64,000 nt of DNA from Phoronis australis (taxonomy: Eukaryota; Animalia; Phoronida): NCBI GenBank assembly GCA_002633005.1, contig NMRA01000724.1, positions 104,843 through 168,842 on the forward strand, in the 5' to 3' direction. The position numbers were made by a program, and so were the translations under genes. The notes below the pieces were generated by a model, which saw only the letters and a program-made list of their open reading frames with translations, had not been told where the DNA came from and did no database searches. Position 1 is the stretch's first letter. Each line of letters opens with the position of its first letter. Below, piece by piece: positions 38,053 to 50,477 of the stretch.

Positions 38053-40131
38053 TTTTTTTTTTTTTTTTTTTAGTCCTCCGGCCCTGAGCCTAGAGCCTGC
38101 AGCGATGTTGAGTAGTGGGAGTGAATACAGGCCCAATTTGACACCCAGTGAAAAGTACAGTTCGTCATCCAATGAACAGATCGCTGAGCCTAAGTTGATA
38201 AGTTTATTGTGGACTTGTATTGGAACTATTTAGAAGGTGCCATGTGTGTGACGAGGGAGTCGCACGGCACGATGTAAGCGGTTTGGGTGCTGGGAGTGTT
38301 TCGTGGTACACTCGGGCAAGTGGGACAGTTCTTCCTCTGTACGTGAGACAATAATGAGTATATCTCGGTAGGCAGCAACAGCAGCGTGGCATGTTGACTA
38401 CGACCGAACTTATCACCACCGAGGTAGAACAATGACTGACTTGACTACTCTTACAGGCAGACTGTATGAAAAGAAATTGGCGCGAAATTCTTGCCTTCCA
38501 AAACGTCACTTCCGGAGTAGACGACGAGTAATTAATTAAATTACGAAAAGCTGTAAATAAGTGAAAAATATGTCTGGGATAATCAACGAACCCTATTTTT
38601 GCTAAAAATGACATGAAAAAAAGTTGCCTTCGCCTTTAAGGGAGAATCTGACTTCTGCATGTCCGACTTCGCAAGTTTTTGCTTTTACTTTGATACCAAT
38701 TCGTAAAAAGCCAGTCCTCACAGTGTGATTTATCTGTAATGTGATGTCAACTTTTGTAGCTGTTTGTCATGGGGACGGTTCTCATCGAAAATAGTTGTAC
38801 TATGTTGATTGGAGCAGTACGCAGCCTCTGCAAACAATGAAAAAAAATGGTTACCCAAAACACATCAATTTCCGTATGACGCTACTTAGGCACACAACTG
38901 CATAACGATCTTTTTTTAATGGTTTTGTGTATCATAGAAAATGCTAATTGGATTCAATTTAATTTTCAGTTATTGTGATTTAGATTGATATTTATATTCG
39001 AAACCCTATTAAGACTAATTGTTTTTAAAATGTTATGGGACTGTGTTTGGTTCATTGAAACAAAGCCAAACAATGGGCACGTGCTTGTTATGGATAATGG
39101 GGTTCAGTTGTGGTAATGTAATTATTTGCTGAATAGGGGAAGGAGTGATGACAAAGAGGAGGGGTTAAAAGTGGAAAATTTTGTATCATAATATATGAAT
39201 GGTCTCTTCCAAATTTGCAGTAGGAATTTGGGACTTAGTCATTAACTCCTTGGAAGTTATTACCTTTGGCCAGAGCTAATTAGCTATAAAACAACAAAAT
39301 CCATGCTTTTGAGATTTAATTACACACCATCAATTCACAACCACCAAATTCACACTGTTGGCTGCCAGTCATTTATTGAAATCAAGGCTGCTGATTTTAC
39401 CTACTAAATAAGTTTGAAATACTCCGTCATTTAACACAAGATTAGCTATACCAGCAAAGTTCTAGGAAACGTAAGCGAAAAAAGAATTGAGTAAACTGTA
39501 ACATTAGTTTTTGTGTAAAAAGAAACTTCATCTTCATTTTATTTCCGTTTTTGCTATGACAGTGTACCTTTTTTGACTAAATTGTAAAAAAATGGTGAAG
39601 TTACCCACTCAGTGACAGTTCAGTATCTAGCCCACAGTTTTATTGTCGGAGCACTCTTTCTACTTTTAAAGAGTATATACCGATACTTTTACTGACAGAA
39701 TTAGACAGACTAACTTAAGTGTAGTAGGTATTTGGCTGTATGCGCAGGCTTGTCCATACAAACTGTCGAAACATTCATGTCGTTGGTGTCTTGTAAAAAA
39801 TGGAACAGAAACCTATAGATTTGTGATGCGACAGATTTTTTTCTATTCAGTAGCCCTCATTTAAAAGAGAGATATTTTAAAAACAACTTCTAATAGTCTA
39901 GTTTTTAACAACAGTGCATAAACCACTACATCTGAAGGTTCCAATCACCCATTTTTCAGCTGACAACTCAAGTCATGGCCATCAAGAAATATCGTCTACA
40001 TGTTTGTTCATACTTAGCAAATGTGATTATGTTCCGAACCATGAATTACGTTGCTTACTAATAAGTAGAATAACGGCTGTTGAAATCATTCAACAAAAAT
40101 TCTGTCAAAGCTTTTGTTTACTTTTTTTCAG

Positions 40132-40211
40132 CAACAGCTCTAACTGATCAAGAAATAAACAATATTGAATATAATAAACGACAGGATGGAATAACTGAAA
40201 TGAAGTACCAG
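40132..40211 (+). CDS. TNFR gene, death domain exon 2
   Basis: ctttttttcag| ... |gtattg, 80 nt, phase 1-0. Reads (A)TALTDQEINNIEYNKRQDGITEMKYQ, matching the L-[ST]-x2-EI-x2-IE...E-x2-YQ death-domain pattern. Confidence 0.85.
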
Positions 40212-40275
40212 GTATTGTTGATTTTAGTTTTGCAAAGTTGAAGCTTTCCCAGTTCAGGTTTTGATTTTATCTTTA

Positions 40276-41099
40276 GGGCTGTTCCAGTAAAATCCGTGTG
40301 GGAGGGGGGGACGGCAGGAGAAAAAAAAATTCATGGGTGGTGGTCTTCAGAAAAAAACTCAAATTATGGGTTGACGTTCCTGTAAGAAGTGATGCATTAA
40401 AAATGGGTGATATTTTTGACCTGTTAATGTTGACAGGTTGGTTACTTCAGCCCTCAAAACCCCAAAAAATGCAATTGGCATATATCCTAACTTATCCGAA
40501 TACAAAAAAGCCCATATTGCCAGTGAACAGAGTGCAACATGTTCACTAAGCCATTAATCAAGTCATGGGCAACTTGATTTGAGCCAACTGTTTGTCTGCA
40601 GTCCTATTGAATTGAAAAGTTATGCAACACTAAACTGGTGTTAACACATATAAGAAAATTGATGATTTTTAAATAAAAAGTATGAGGAGTAAGATAAACA
40701 AGTTCCAATATTCACTTGACATAGAAGTATTAATAAAAGAGTTTGTGGAGACAGTTTGAGATTCATAGATCCTTATAATTGAAAAAATGTTCATTGAAAT
40801 TATAGACACATGGTGAACAGAGACTCCTGGTGGCTGCCAAAAGTATTGCTCACAGGCTACTTTAGTTTTTGACAATATTGGACAAGACAACTAGTTCTTG
40901 TCTGTCAATCATCTAAGTTCTTAACAGGTCCTCGTGGAGGCAATTTCTTTGCAAGTGCTGGATTTTATGTTTTAACCTATTAAAAATAATTAAAAAATTA
41001 TGGGTCATGGGTTGGAGAAATAAATGAAAAATATGGGCGGTGGGTACGAAATAAAAGTGCCTTCCCCCCCCTCCCATACAGATTTTGCTGGAGCAGCCC
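40276..41099. mobile_element. PIF/Harbinger- or Zator-like MITE
   Basis: TIR GGGCTGTTCCAGTAAAATCCGTGTGGGAGGGGGGG / CCCCCCCTCCCATACAGATTTTGCTGGAGCAGCCC. 3-bp TSD TTA. Confidence 0.72.
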
Positions 41100-41284
41100 T
41101 TAATTTTATTTCTTGTTTGTAATAAGCAAAATCTTATTCACCTGACTGCAGACCATCGTTATGCTGAGACAGGAAGAACTCTCACTCCAGTATTGCTTGA
41201 GATCTGGCTATTGTAAGGAAGTTGACTTGACCCGGCATGTCATTTCATGTGCCAAAAGTGTTATGGCCCATGTATAGACCAGTA

Positions 41285-42775
41285 CCATATTCGCCCTATT
41301 AACCGCCCTGGGTGCTTAGAAAAATTCGTTTCAAGGAGGCAGTTATTGAAACACAAGGCGGTTGAAACCCGGTCTCCGAAACGGGTGAAATCGGAAGATA
41401 AGATTCATCATATTTACGCCCTGTGACGTATCTGTAACCTATGACAGACTTTCTACAAAATAGTAGTGCATTGCTAGCAAACTTTGCTGTTAAATTACGG
41501 TCATTTTACAGAAAATTGTGCTCAAATCTCAGGGCGAAAACTCGCCAACTGACTGCCTCGCAATCGTCGATATGGTGACTTGAATGCTTGAATAAAAATA
41601 TAGTATCGACTCTAGCAAACTACCTAGTGAAATCCTTAAGTTTTAAAAATAGTGTCCCTAAAACTTTTAAGTTCCTGTGGAGTCCAGATTAACTGCATAT
41701 TAAGTCCAAATCTGCGCTAGACGTACCCTGCAACAAGAGAAAATCTCTGGACGAACACCTGTTGTTGTCACATGACGTTTGTTTTGAAGTTCGTCGGCTT
41801 ATAGTGTGAGTGAGCGAGCGAGTTTATTTGCCAGAGTACACGCAATTGCAACGATCTAGGAACTAAAGAAATCAACACAAGCGGTAAAGCAGAACGTGTT
41901 TTATTTAGCACTTGTTGATCTCATCTGCTACAAAACGTTCGAGAATCGTCTCGGTGAGTCGCCGGGTGACTGGATGTGTGACAGTCTAATAGTTATTTTC
42001 TGGGACAATTGAGGGGTGTAAGGGTGCAGAAATGTTCACTACCAGTGGGCTATTACTTTAAAAACACCAATTTTGATTTATTAAATAATTCCTTTAAAAA
42101 TATGCAAACATTTTTTACAGTATTAGGAACTGTCGGAAATTAGTGCCAATGTTTATTTCTTGCCGATGCTATGCTACCCGTTTCATGAATAGATATTTCC
42201 CAACTAATGTCTTTGATGCCATGTACATGTGTGTAGCGCGATCGCAAGGTTCCTGGCCTCATGCTTTTAACACTGGCCAAGTTTTTTTATTAGTTTTCAA
42301 ACGATTCGCGGTTTTCACATGTACAAAGAAATTCCTGTTGATGGCGGGAAATATTTACAATACAATCCCATTGACAAGTACACTACGTCTGTTCTGAAAG
42401 AACAGACCATAGTGCGACACATTCCTTGCAAGATCAGCAAAACTTGTGTGTTCATTTTGAGTCATGGCAGAAGATTGAGGCAAAGATTTTATAGATTAGT
42501 CACCTTTGATAGTATTGTTGATTGAAGAGTATAGTCACGGCTAAATACCGACATAGCGGCAAGGCTCATGGTCTCCAAACTCTGCCCACAATGATTTTTT
42601 TCAGGACTGTCAGATATTATAGATAAATTGAAGACGTTACTGTAGAATTTTAGGACTGTAGGTATGGCATTTTTCGCGCGTACATGTTGATGTTGGGCGC
42701 TTATTTTAGCAAAGTCTGAAAATGCATGGGAGGTCGCTTATGGGGGCTGATGGGCGGTTATTAGGGCAAATACGG
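41285..42775. mobile_element. Tc1/mariner (pogo/Tigger-like) non-autonomous element with HIRAN-like remnant
   Basis: TA|CCATATTCGCCCTATTAACCGCCC ... GGGCGGTTATTAGGGCAAATACGG|TA. Its left end recurs inverted at ~53755-53992, and a short relative lies at ~7705-7815. Confidence 0.72.
42301..42480 (+). pseudogene. Degenerate HIRAN-like domain
   Basis: TIRGFHMYKEI..YNPIDKYTTSVLKEQTIVRHIPCKISKTCVFILSHG resembles the RG[FY]HxYK..N..D.[YF]AV.V.....VGH[IL]P..IS..C..FL..G HIRAN-like pattern, from memory. Confidence 0.62.
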
Positions 42776-44677
42776 TATTCTGTCTATCATTTGGTCAAGC
42801 TTCCAGCCTGTGTATTTGGACAGCCATAATGCTATTCACGGGTGCATAACACAAAGACAACTTCTGTAATGATAAACTGTCAGCAAACTGTCGACATCAG
42901 AAATCACATCGCGTCTATTAAGAAACAAGTGAGCAATTTGTAATGGTTAGTGATCGAGGAACATTAATGGGCAATATGTAGTGGTCAGTATGTAAGGAAC
43001 AATCGGGGAAGTTGTAATGGCTATAGTGGCCAAAATCTGAGATGGATCTAGTAATAAATCTGATTTCACCAATACATTATTTCTTACATGCTGTGAACAT
43101 TCCCACTAAACGAAATGACGTCACAACCCCACTGATCAGGGAAAACTGTGGGGTTTGGCCGATTGAACTAGACCGTATTTATCCACCTTGGCTGTACTGC
43201 GCTCACCTCCCGATCAAAGGGATCCCGCCTATCTGCTCTATTCATCGAGTCACGAGCGAGGATAATTGGCTTCGCTCATGTGGATACGATCAGCTTATTA
43301 CAATTTAGCCTGGATGACTGTACTTTTTATGAAGAGCGTTTTACGTAGTTTTGAGTGTAATATTTGAAAAGAGGAGAGAAAAAAATGTTGGTTCAACTTC
43401 GAATTTTTCAAATCGGCCCAGAATAAGAGATTTAGCAACACAGCAACACTCACGATTACTTTCATTCGGCGCGCACGAATACAAAAATATAGGATCCAAG
43501 TTATTTAGATTTGGAACACATGCATTCCAATTTTCAAAAAACATTTTTAGCTCTTACAAGCTGTAAAATGACGTTGTTAAATTTCAATGTGCTCATTGTC
43601 ATCTGTCAAATCAGAAATTTCTGAGATGCGATCTGCAGCGTGCGTGTATGTTATGTTCCTGAAGTACGAACATTAAGAAACTTTAGGATGCCGTTATTAT
43701 TGACAGGGACACGATAAAAGGAATTTGGATTTTGACAATAATCTTGGTACAGCGAGCTGGATGACTATAGGTACCACTGCGTCTGGTCTCCGTTAGACCC
43801 AGAAATTTCACACAGCCTGGTTAGTTCACCTCGTCACCAACATGTAGGTCGAGCCTAGGACTATTAATGTTTTACATCGCGGTAGAGCTAACGACCGTCG
43901 GCCTGTGGACACAAAATCTGTGAGTTAACCGGCACTCACCTTGCACGTTGCAGCCGTTTAAGTGAAAAACAATCTAATAAGCGCCATTTTCTTGCATTAT
44001 CCTAACTATTCCATGCAGCATTATTTAACTGGTCTTGGCTAATTATCATTTTATGGCCTGGTCATCCATTCAGTCAAAAGTAGTTCCATAGGTGGCTTAT
44101 CAGCCAATTATTCACACATGCTGACTCACAATAGAAACCTGATAAGAGTGAAGGTGGATAAATGCAGTGTTCCTATAGTTTCTTGTGGTAGTGGATGTGT
44201 TCACCACATGATAAGACTTCTTTCTCTTTGCCTACACCAGTTGATCTTCTGGCTATACATTTGTTTCTGTGGGGATCCGCACATCATGGCCAAGATTTAA
44301 GCACATATCTGAATCACCACGCATGATCATTGGACCCTAGAAAAATGGCCAATTTTGGCCAACTTCAGAACAATACATCGCAGAAATGGAGTATAAGATA
44401 AGATTAAACTTTCAGATACCGTGCTTTACACATGGTTCTTCAAAACGGTGTTTGGAATTGTTTTTAAAATGTTCCAATATTGCATCAGGGGTAATCAAAA
44501 TTGGGACATATTATTTCAGGAAAAATTTTTGAAGTTGAAAAAAATTAACGACACAATAATTTAGAAAGCTGTAACAGCTTTGACTCAGATTTTAACATTT
44601 ATACAATACCATATTTGGTCATTTCTTTTTATCATTGAAGTGAGAAAGTAGGGACTAAACATTCAAAAGTATTTTGA

Positions 44678-44915
44678 GTGCATGTTATTGAGTTATTGTA
44701 CTGTGCACTCTTACATGTTATTGAGTTACTGTACTGTGCACTCTTACATGTTATTGAGTTCCTGTACTGTGCACTCTTACCTGTTATTCAGTGTTACTGT
44801 ACTGTGCACCCGTACATGTTCTTCAGTTACTGTACCGTGCACTCTTACATGTTCTTGAGTCACTGTATTATGTGTTCCTGCATGCTGTGGAGTTACTGTA
44901 CTGCATTTTTACATG
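44678..44915 (+). repeat. 33-bp minisatellite (~7 units) abutting the terminal exon acceptor
   Basis: Unit catgttattgagttactgtactgtgcactctta, degenerating toward 44928. Confidence 0.9.
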
Positions 44916-44928
44916 TTTGTGTTTTCAG

Positions 44929-45054
44929 TGTTTTCGGCTGTGGCAGTCAAAAAATCCAAATGAGGATGTCGTCAAAAGTATTGTGGAGACTTTAGAAAAA
45001 GTTGTTGGCTACCAACTGGAACAATTAAGAAATGTGAAAATCATTGAGAGCTAG
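44929..45054 (+). CDS. TNFR gene, death domain exon 3 (terminal coding exon)
   Basis: gtgttttcag|, phase 0. Reads CFRLWQSKNPNEDVVKSIVETLEKVVGYQLEQLRNVKIIES*, supplying the second conserved Trp and the last helices. Phase matches exon 2. Confidence 0.85.
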   Translation, partial: CFRLWQSKNPNEDVVKSIVETLEKVVGYQLEQLRNVKIIES

Positions 45055-46921
45055 GTGTCTGTAATAATCCAGTGTACCATCTGTGGCTAAGCAGTGGTTA
45101 ATCTAGTTTCAGAATGTTACAACTAGAGTAAAACTTGCATATGTTGAACGTATATAAGTGGCATCTTTGCTTAATCGGAAGACAGTTCCACAGTGTAGTT
45201 AAATTTGTGCATTGGGCTCTTCAGATAAATTAGATTTTGCCCAGTTTGGATTATTATCTCGGTTGGATCCAACTCGTGTAAGTTTTACTCTTTCAGTTTT
45301 TTGTTTCGGCAGCATTCCTTGTCAGATGAATAATTCGCTTTACGTTCGAGTTGATTTTCTGGCAGAAAATTACCTTTTGCCATAGAATAGGTCCATGTAG
45401 CCCCCCTGCCCTTCCCCTGTTTCTGCGACTTCATAATTGTTGAGTTTAGGATGAGGGTTGTGTTATTTCTGGTTGATGGAAAACAGCTGTAAAGATCACA
45501 GTTCATAGTGTTTATTACATAGATTTACTTGGACATTTTATTTGTTCTCTGTTATTACAGTTGAGAGTTAGTACCACACTGGATCACACAGCGACATTCC
45601 TTGTATTTACTCACAATGTGCATTATCTGTCAAGCTCATTTGCATCCTCTTTTTTTACACCATTGGAGTTCCTCATGTTCTTCGTTGTTGTATTATTCTT
45701 TGCAAGTTCTTCTTGGCTGCATTACTCTATTCATCTTTCCAGTGCCAGCTAAGTAGTTCTGTGCTGTGGGTGTAATGAGGGATATAACAGTGTCTGCATT
45801 TTGAGAATCAGTTTTCTCCACTGAATAACAGCCATCAAACTGGTTCTCAAATACGGTCACATTATATAAAACTATTGTCATGCTGTGGACTGCAACTTTG
45901 ATGCGAGGAAATTGGATAAACTTGACAAAATCTGTAGATGTATGATGCCAAGTTCTTTGCCTTCCCGAAATCAATCAAAGGCAAAAAAATGTGCACCAAA
46001 AAACTGTGACAGTAGTGAGACAATTTGAAAATTTTGAGAAGTGACAAGTTGACTTGCCGTTAGACACGAATTCATTCTCTGCCAGCCTGAAACAAATTGT
46101 TTTATACCCTAGGCAACTGGCCCTCAGTGAAAAAGCCTAGTGCATACACTAAACCTTAGGCCTGCTTCATGAGGTTGCTGTTCTCCACTTAACATAAAAC
46201 CTGAATTGTCTCTGAGTAGTCACTACAATCATAAACATCACAAAACTGAAACTCTGCAGTTCACATAAATTAGCATGTAACTTAGAAACTACTCGAGCAA
46301 TGTACACTGATTGAGCCTGAGGATTTTAAGCCAACTCAACGCGAGGTATACGTATGTAGTGTATGGTTGGTCCCGCTTTGCTCACACATAGTTCTTTCCA
46401 AGTTAAAATTTACTTTTTGCTCTTTTTGTCGTCAGTTATTCTCACTGTACCGTTATTGTTGACATTGTTATTGTTGAATGTTTTTTTATTTTTTATTTGA
46501 CATCTTCATCTTCTGTAAAAAGTCATAATACATATCAATTTTTCTTGTGCAGCTAAGTTGTTATAAAAGTTATCACAAACTCAAATTATTTATGTTTTTA
46601 AATAGCTATCAAATAGCATTATATTTAGAAACAACAAACTGGTACAAAATTGTCACACAGACTTGAACAGAACTTGGCTGCCATTTTAAAACAACTGGAT
46701 CAACAATCATGGGGCTTTCGCCTGTGATGGTTAATGGGGCTTTGTTTTGCTGCATTTTGAAATATGACCAGTGCTGAATATTTCCCAGTTGACAATGAGT
46801 TATCACTCATCGAAATGCACCTTAAATTACTTTTAAGTACTAAGTGCATATCAATATTGTTGCAAAATTTATGCTAAAATCATGAATACTGTCCAGTCAT
46901 CATGTGAAAATTTTATTTTTA

Positions 46922-47993
46922 TTATCATGCGCCCACATATTTATATGTGGACGCATTATGCCGTCATCTCCGTCCGTCCGGGCGGCGTCCGTCCGGCATC
47001 CGCTGCTTTATCTCCAAAACCCTTTGACATACGTTCATGAAATTTGGCACATATGTTCCATTCATGAATGGGACGGCATATGCGAACTTCCAGACGGATC
47101 CGAGTACCCGTGTGCCCCCTAGTGGCAATTTTAGTTTTTTACGCTTACCTGTGTATCTTCAAAAGTCCTGAACGCCGGGATTTTCATGAAATTTGGTATG
47201 TTGGCACCTATTAGCGAGATGACGCTATCCTCCCGTTTTCATATGGATTCGACATAGTTTGTGCCACCTAGTGGCCATTTTTAGTGTTTTCGAGTCTGTT
47301 TTTGTGCGTCCACCCTCTATCAACCAAACCGCTCAAAGGATGATTGTGAAAATTGGCATGTATATGCTTACTATGTAGAGGACGGTTGAAGATGATTTTC
47401 CGACGATTTCGACTACTGTGGCGCCTCCTAGTGGCAGTTTTTTTTGTGCCTATGGCTGTATCTCCTAAACCGTTTGCAGGATCTTTACGAAATTGTGTAA
47501 GTATATTTATATTATGTTAGCAACAGAAGATGACGACTTTTGGACGGATCTGACTACCGGTGTGCCCCCTAGTGGCAATTTTATTTTTTTACGTTTACCT
47601 CTGTATCTTCACAACTCCTTAACGGATTTTCATGAAATTTGTTAAGTAGGCACCTATTAGTGCGATGACGCTATCCTCATGTTTTCGGATGGGGATTCGA
47701 CCTAGTTTGCGACACCCAGTGGCCATTTTTACTGTTTTTGAGTCTGTTTTTGGCATCCACCCCTCTATCAACCAAACCGCTCTAAGTATGATTGTGAAAA
47801 TTGGCATGTATATATGAAGAGGACGGTTGTCGCCTATTGAGGAGACAATGACCATGCCTTTTCATTTTGCAAAGTACAACATACTACATATATGCCCTCT
47901 ACTGGCCACTTCATGGTACCAATAAACAACCCTAGAAGGATACCGTATGCGGCGCAATTGTGGGCGCATTTCAACGCTCTGCGTTGCTCTTGT
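46922..47993 (+). mobile_element. Helentron-associated / DINE-1-like element (copy 2 of the same family)
   Basis: Near-identical 5' palindrome, core repeats and 3' subTIR/hairpin to 20521-21600, with a different arrangement of central repeats. Confidence 0.78.
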
Positions 47994-48819
47994 CCATTTG
48001 GTTGTGATAGTTCGTCATAAATGTGCATTATATTTCTATTATGAATGTGTTTTGTACTACAATTATTTTCACACAATATTTGAATAATTATAGTTGAGCG
48101 GTGTGTTAGCTGTGGGTTGTCTTCTTGTTAATGGTAAAGTAATTAGACTGGAGTGGGGTATAAAATAATTTCTAGGCACTAGTCAGACTTAGAGCCTTGA
48201 GTTTGGTAGATAGTTGGATCTGAAAAATTGAGTTTATGCCAGTAGCAGTAGTGTTTGTAATAAAAGCTACCAGCTTGTAACATGCTTGTTTTTGTGTTTG
48301 TTTCTCATTCAGAGCTATCAAACTCACTTCTTGAACTCATATCCAGTCATGTTTTGAAGAAAAAATGCCCAAATAAAAATATCGCACCACTGCTTTAATG
48401 CTCAAGAAACACAGACCAGGACCAATTGTTTTTTCTGCTTTACCCCGGCTGAGCGCTGGACCTTGGGTAACCGCCGCTGACTCGGCAAAAAATATTCAGC
48501 ACAATATTATATATCATTCTTTACAGCACACTATATCAGGTGGTCATTTAACGTCAGAGCTACCAAGTCAGCTTTTGCTCTGATTTTTAAATAACCCGGC
48601 CAGCTCTGATGAATTTTTTAGTTTAGATATTAGATTGTACGGGGTACTTGGCCTTTAGTCGTGTATATGGTAACCGCTAAGCCGGCCAAAGAGGCCTGGA
48701 ACGCGATAAACGGACTAAATTGCAAATTTGAAAGTGGCTCTCTGCCACTGAAACAGTTCAGCCTGCCCACCTGGTTGTCACGTTTTTTCCCGTGTGTGGG
48801 TGAGCCCAGATTGTTACAG

Positions 48820-49320
48820 ACCGGTGCTAATAGCTTTCGGTGCGACGATAGACTGATGACTGGTTCGAGTTAATCCTTTATTAATCTCGACCGTAAGTTC
48901 ATAAGCGTACTCAAACAAAACGTCCGACGTTATGCCTGTTCTACGCTCCAGCCAGTGCTGCGAAGCCTTGACTTGTGATCAAACTTCTGAGACACGTTCG
49001 GCAACTCAACTGTTATTCTCTCAACTGCTTTACTCCGACTGCTGAACTGCTTACTGATTTTCTTCTGATTAACTGACTCACAGACCTGAGCCTGTGTATT
49101 TATAGACTAATGCATTGTTCTAGAACTTTTAACCAGTTCAAGCACGTTCTAGAACTTTCCGGAATCTACCCAATCATTCTACAACCACATACTAGTCTCT
49201 AGAATATTCCAGACTACATTAATCACTGTCATGCTAGAGTCTTCTACAAAATTCCACACTACTCTGTAGTAAACAAATTACATCATCACTGTACTGAACT
49301 ATGGTGTCATGCCAATCAAA
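48820..49320 (-). repeat. Unclassified interspersed repeat (LTR-like composition)
   Basis: Related to 25140-25307 + 27263-27600 (split by the hAT-like insert) and to 15860-16105. Shared core caattcaagcac..ccggaatctacc..gtaaacaaat.acatcatcact. TATA-like TATAAATA on the - strand. Confidence 0.55.
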
Positions 49321-50477
49321 CAGAACAACAAAACAATACAATACAACTAAAACAGTGTCAGTCCATATTCTGACACTGGTAATTTTAGGGTTTGGTTGTG
49401 AAGATTTTCAATTTCTGTTATTATCAAAGCATTTTATATAAGTTTCAAATTTCAAATAAAACGATCTGTCAACTGCTTGCCACTTTGTCCATTTTTCTCC
49501 CACATGGCAAAGCATGTCTCCTTACTTATTATCGCAAGACATAGACGTGGCACATTTCCCTAAAATGGGAAATATGGCCTTTCACATCAATTTACTTCTA
49601 GCAACTGAGTGAGCGCATTTATCGTAAGTGGGAGGGAGATTGGAAACCCCTGTGGTAACCACAGAGTTTTTCTTTCGCACGTATTTCAAAAATAGTGAAT
49701 TTTGTGGTTTTTCTAGAAATTTCCTGACCGGGGAAAGTGAATTACCCTGTACTAGACGTTGCGAGATGGTACTTTCGTCAGGAATTGTTTAAAAGGCATT
49801 TTTGACGCGCTTTCGCGTTCCGTTTCTTTTTAATTTTATACAAATGACTTATAAGCTGAAAGTCTGAGGGTGCAATGTTCTCACATGTTTACTTGTATAA
49901 TACTTGATATTTACATATCCATATCACAATGAACTGAATGAATCAAATTATAATTAATTGTTCCGAATTTAACATTTGAAATTGGATCTGAGCCTCCAAA
50001 CACTAAAACTGCACACATTTGAATCTTGTTTCACCCGTATAATTGTAATTACCGGTTTTAATTAATAAAGGCAGCATTTCCCTACGCTCTTGCTGTTTTA
50101 ATTTTTTTTGCGGCAGCCAAAGGGGGGGCGGGCCCCCTGCCCCCCCCTAAATCCGCCTATGAAGTACCGAGGAGAAAAGACACTTGCAGCTTCGGAGCTT
50201 TCAATGATGCCAGGTGAGGCGGATTAGATTTACCCTATGCGCAGACGGCGATCGAATGACAGGTAAACCGGCGACATGGGCACCAGATGTTTGCCAATTC
50301 AAAAAATTAAGTCAGTGAGCTGAGATTTCTCTCGGTGGGTGAACTTGGATGAAAACATAATAGTAGTAAAAGTATTTACTTGGCCTATGTGAATACAAAT
50401 GTACAACAGTAAATCCTAGCTTGGCTTATTCACATGTTCCTCGTTTGACTACGCAGGCCCGTACCAGTAGCCAGGGG

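Larger units (their letters stand above)
37070..38635. mobile_element. Kolobok-type element with THAP remnant and inverted duplicate 5' ends (spans an assembly gap)
   Basis: TTAA|AGGCGAAGGCAAC ... GTTGCCTTCGCCT|TTAA. The arms 37108-37272 and 38340-38498 are inverted homologues. Confidence 0.75.

Noticed and set aside
41151-41211. Exon-like segment ctgcag|ACCATC..CTATT|gtaagg in the last intron
   Set aside because: At 61 nt it would frameshift and interrupt the death domain, which splices cleanly without it. It could only be a poison exon, and nothing supports that.
44678-44995. Repetitive ORF (HVIELLYCALL)n
   Set aside because: By-product of a 33-bp minisatellite. Only the part after the acceptor at 44928 is coding, and in another frame.
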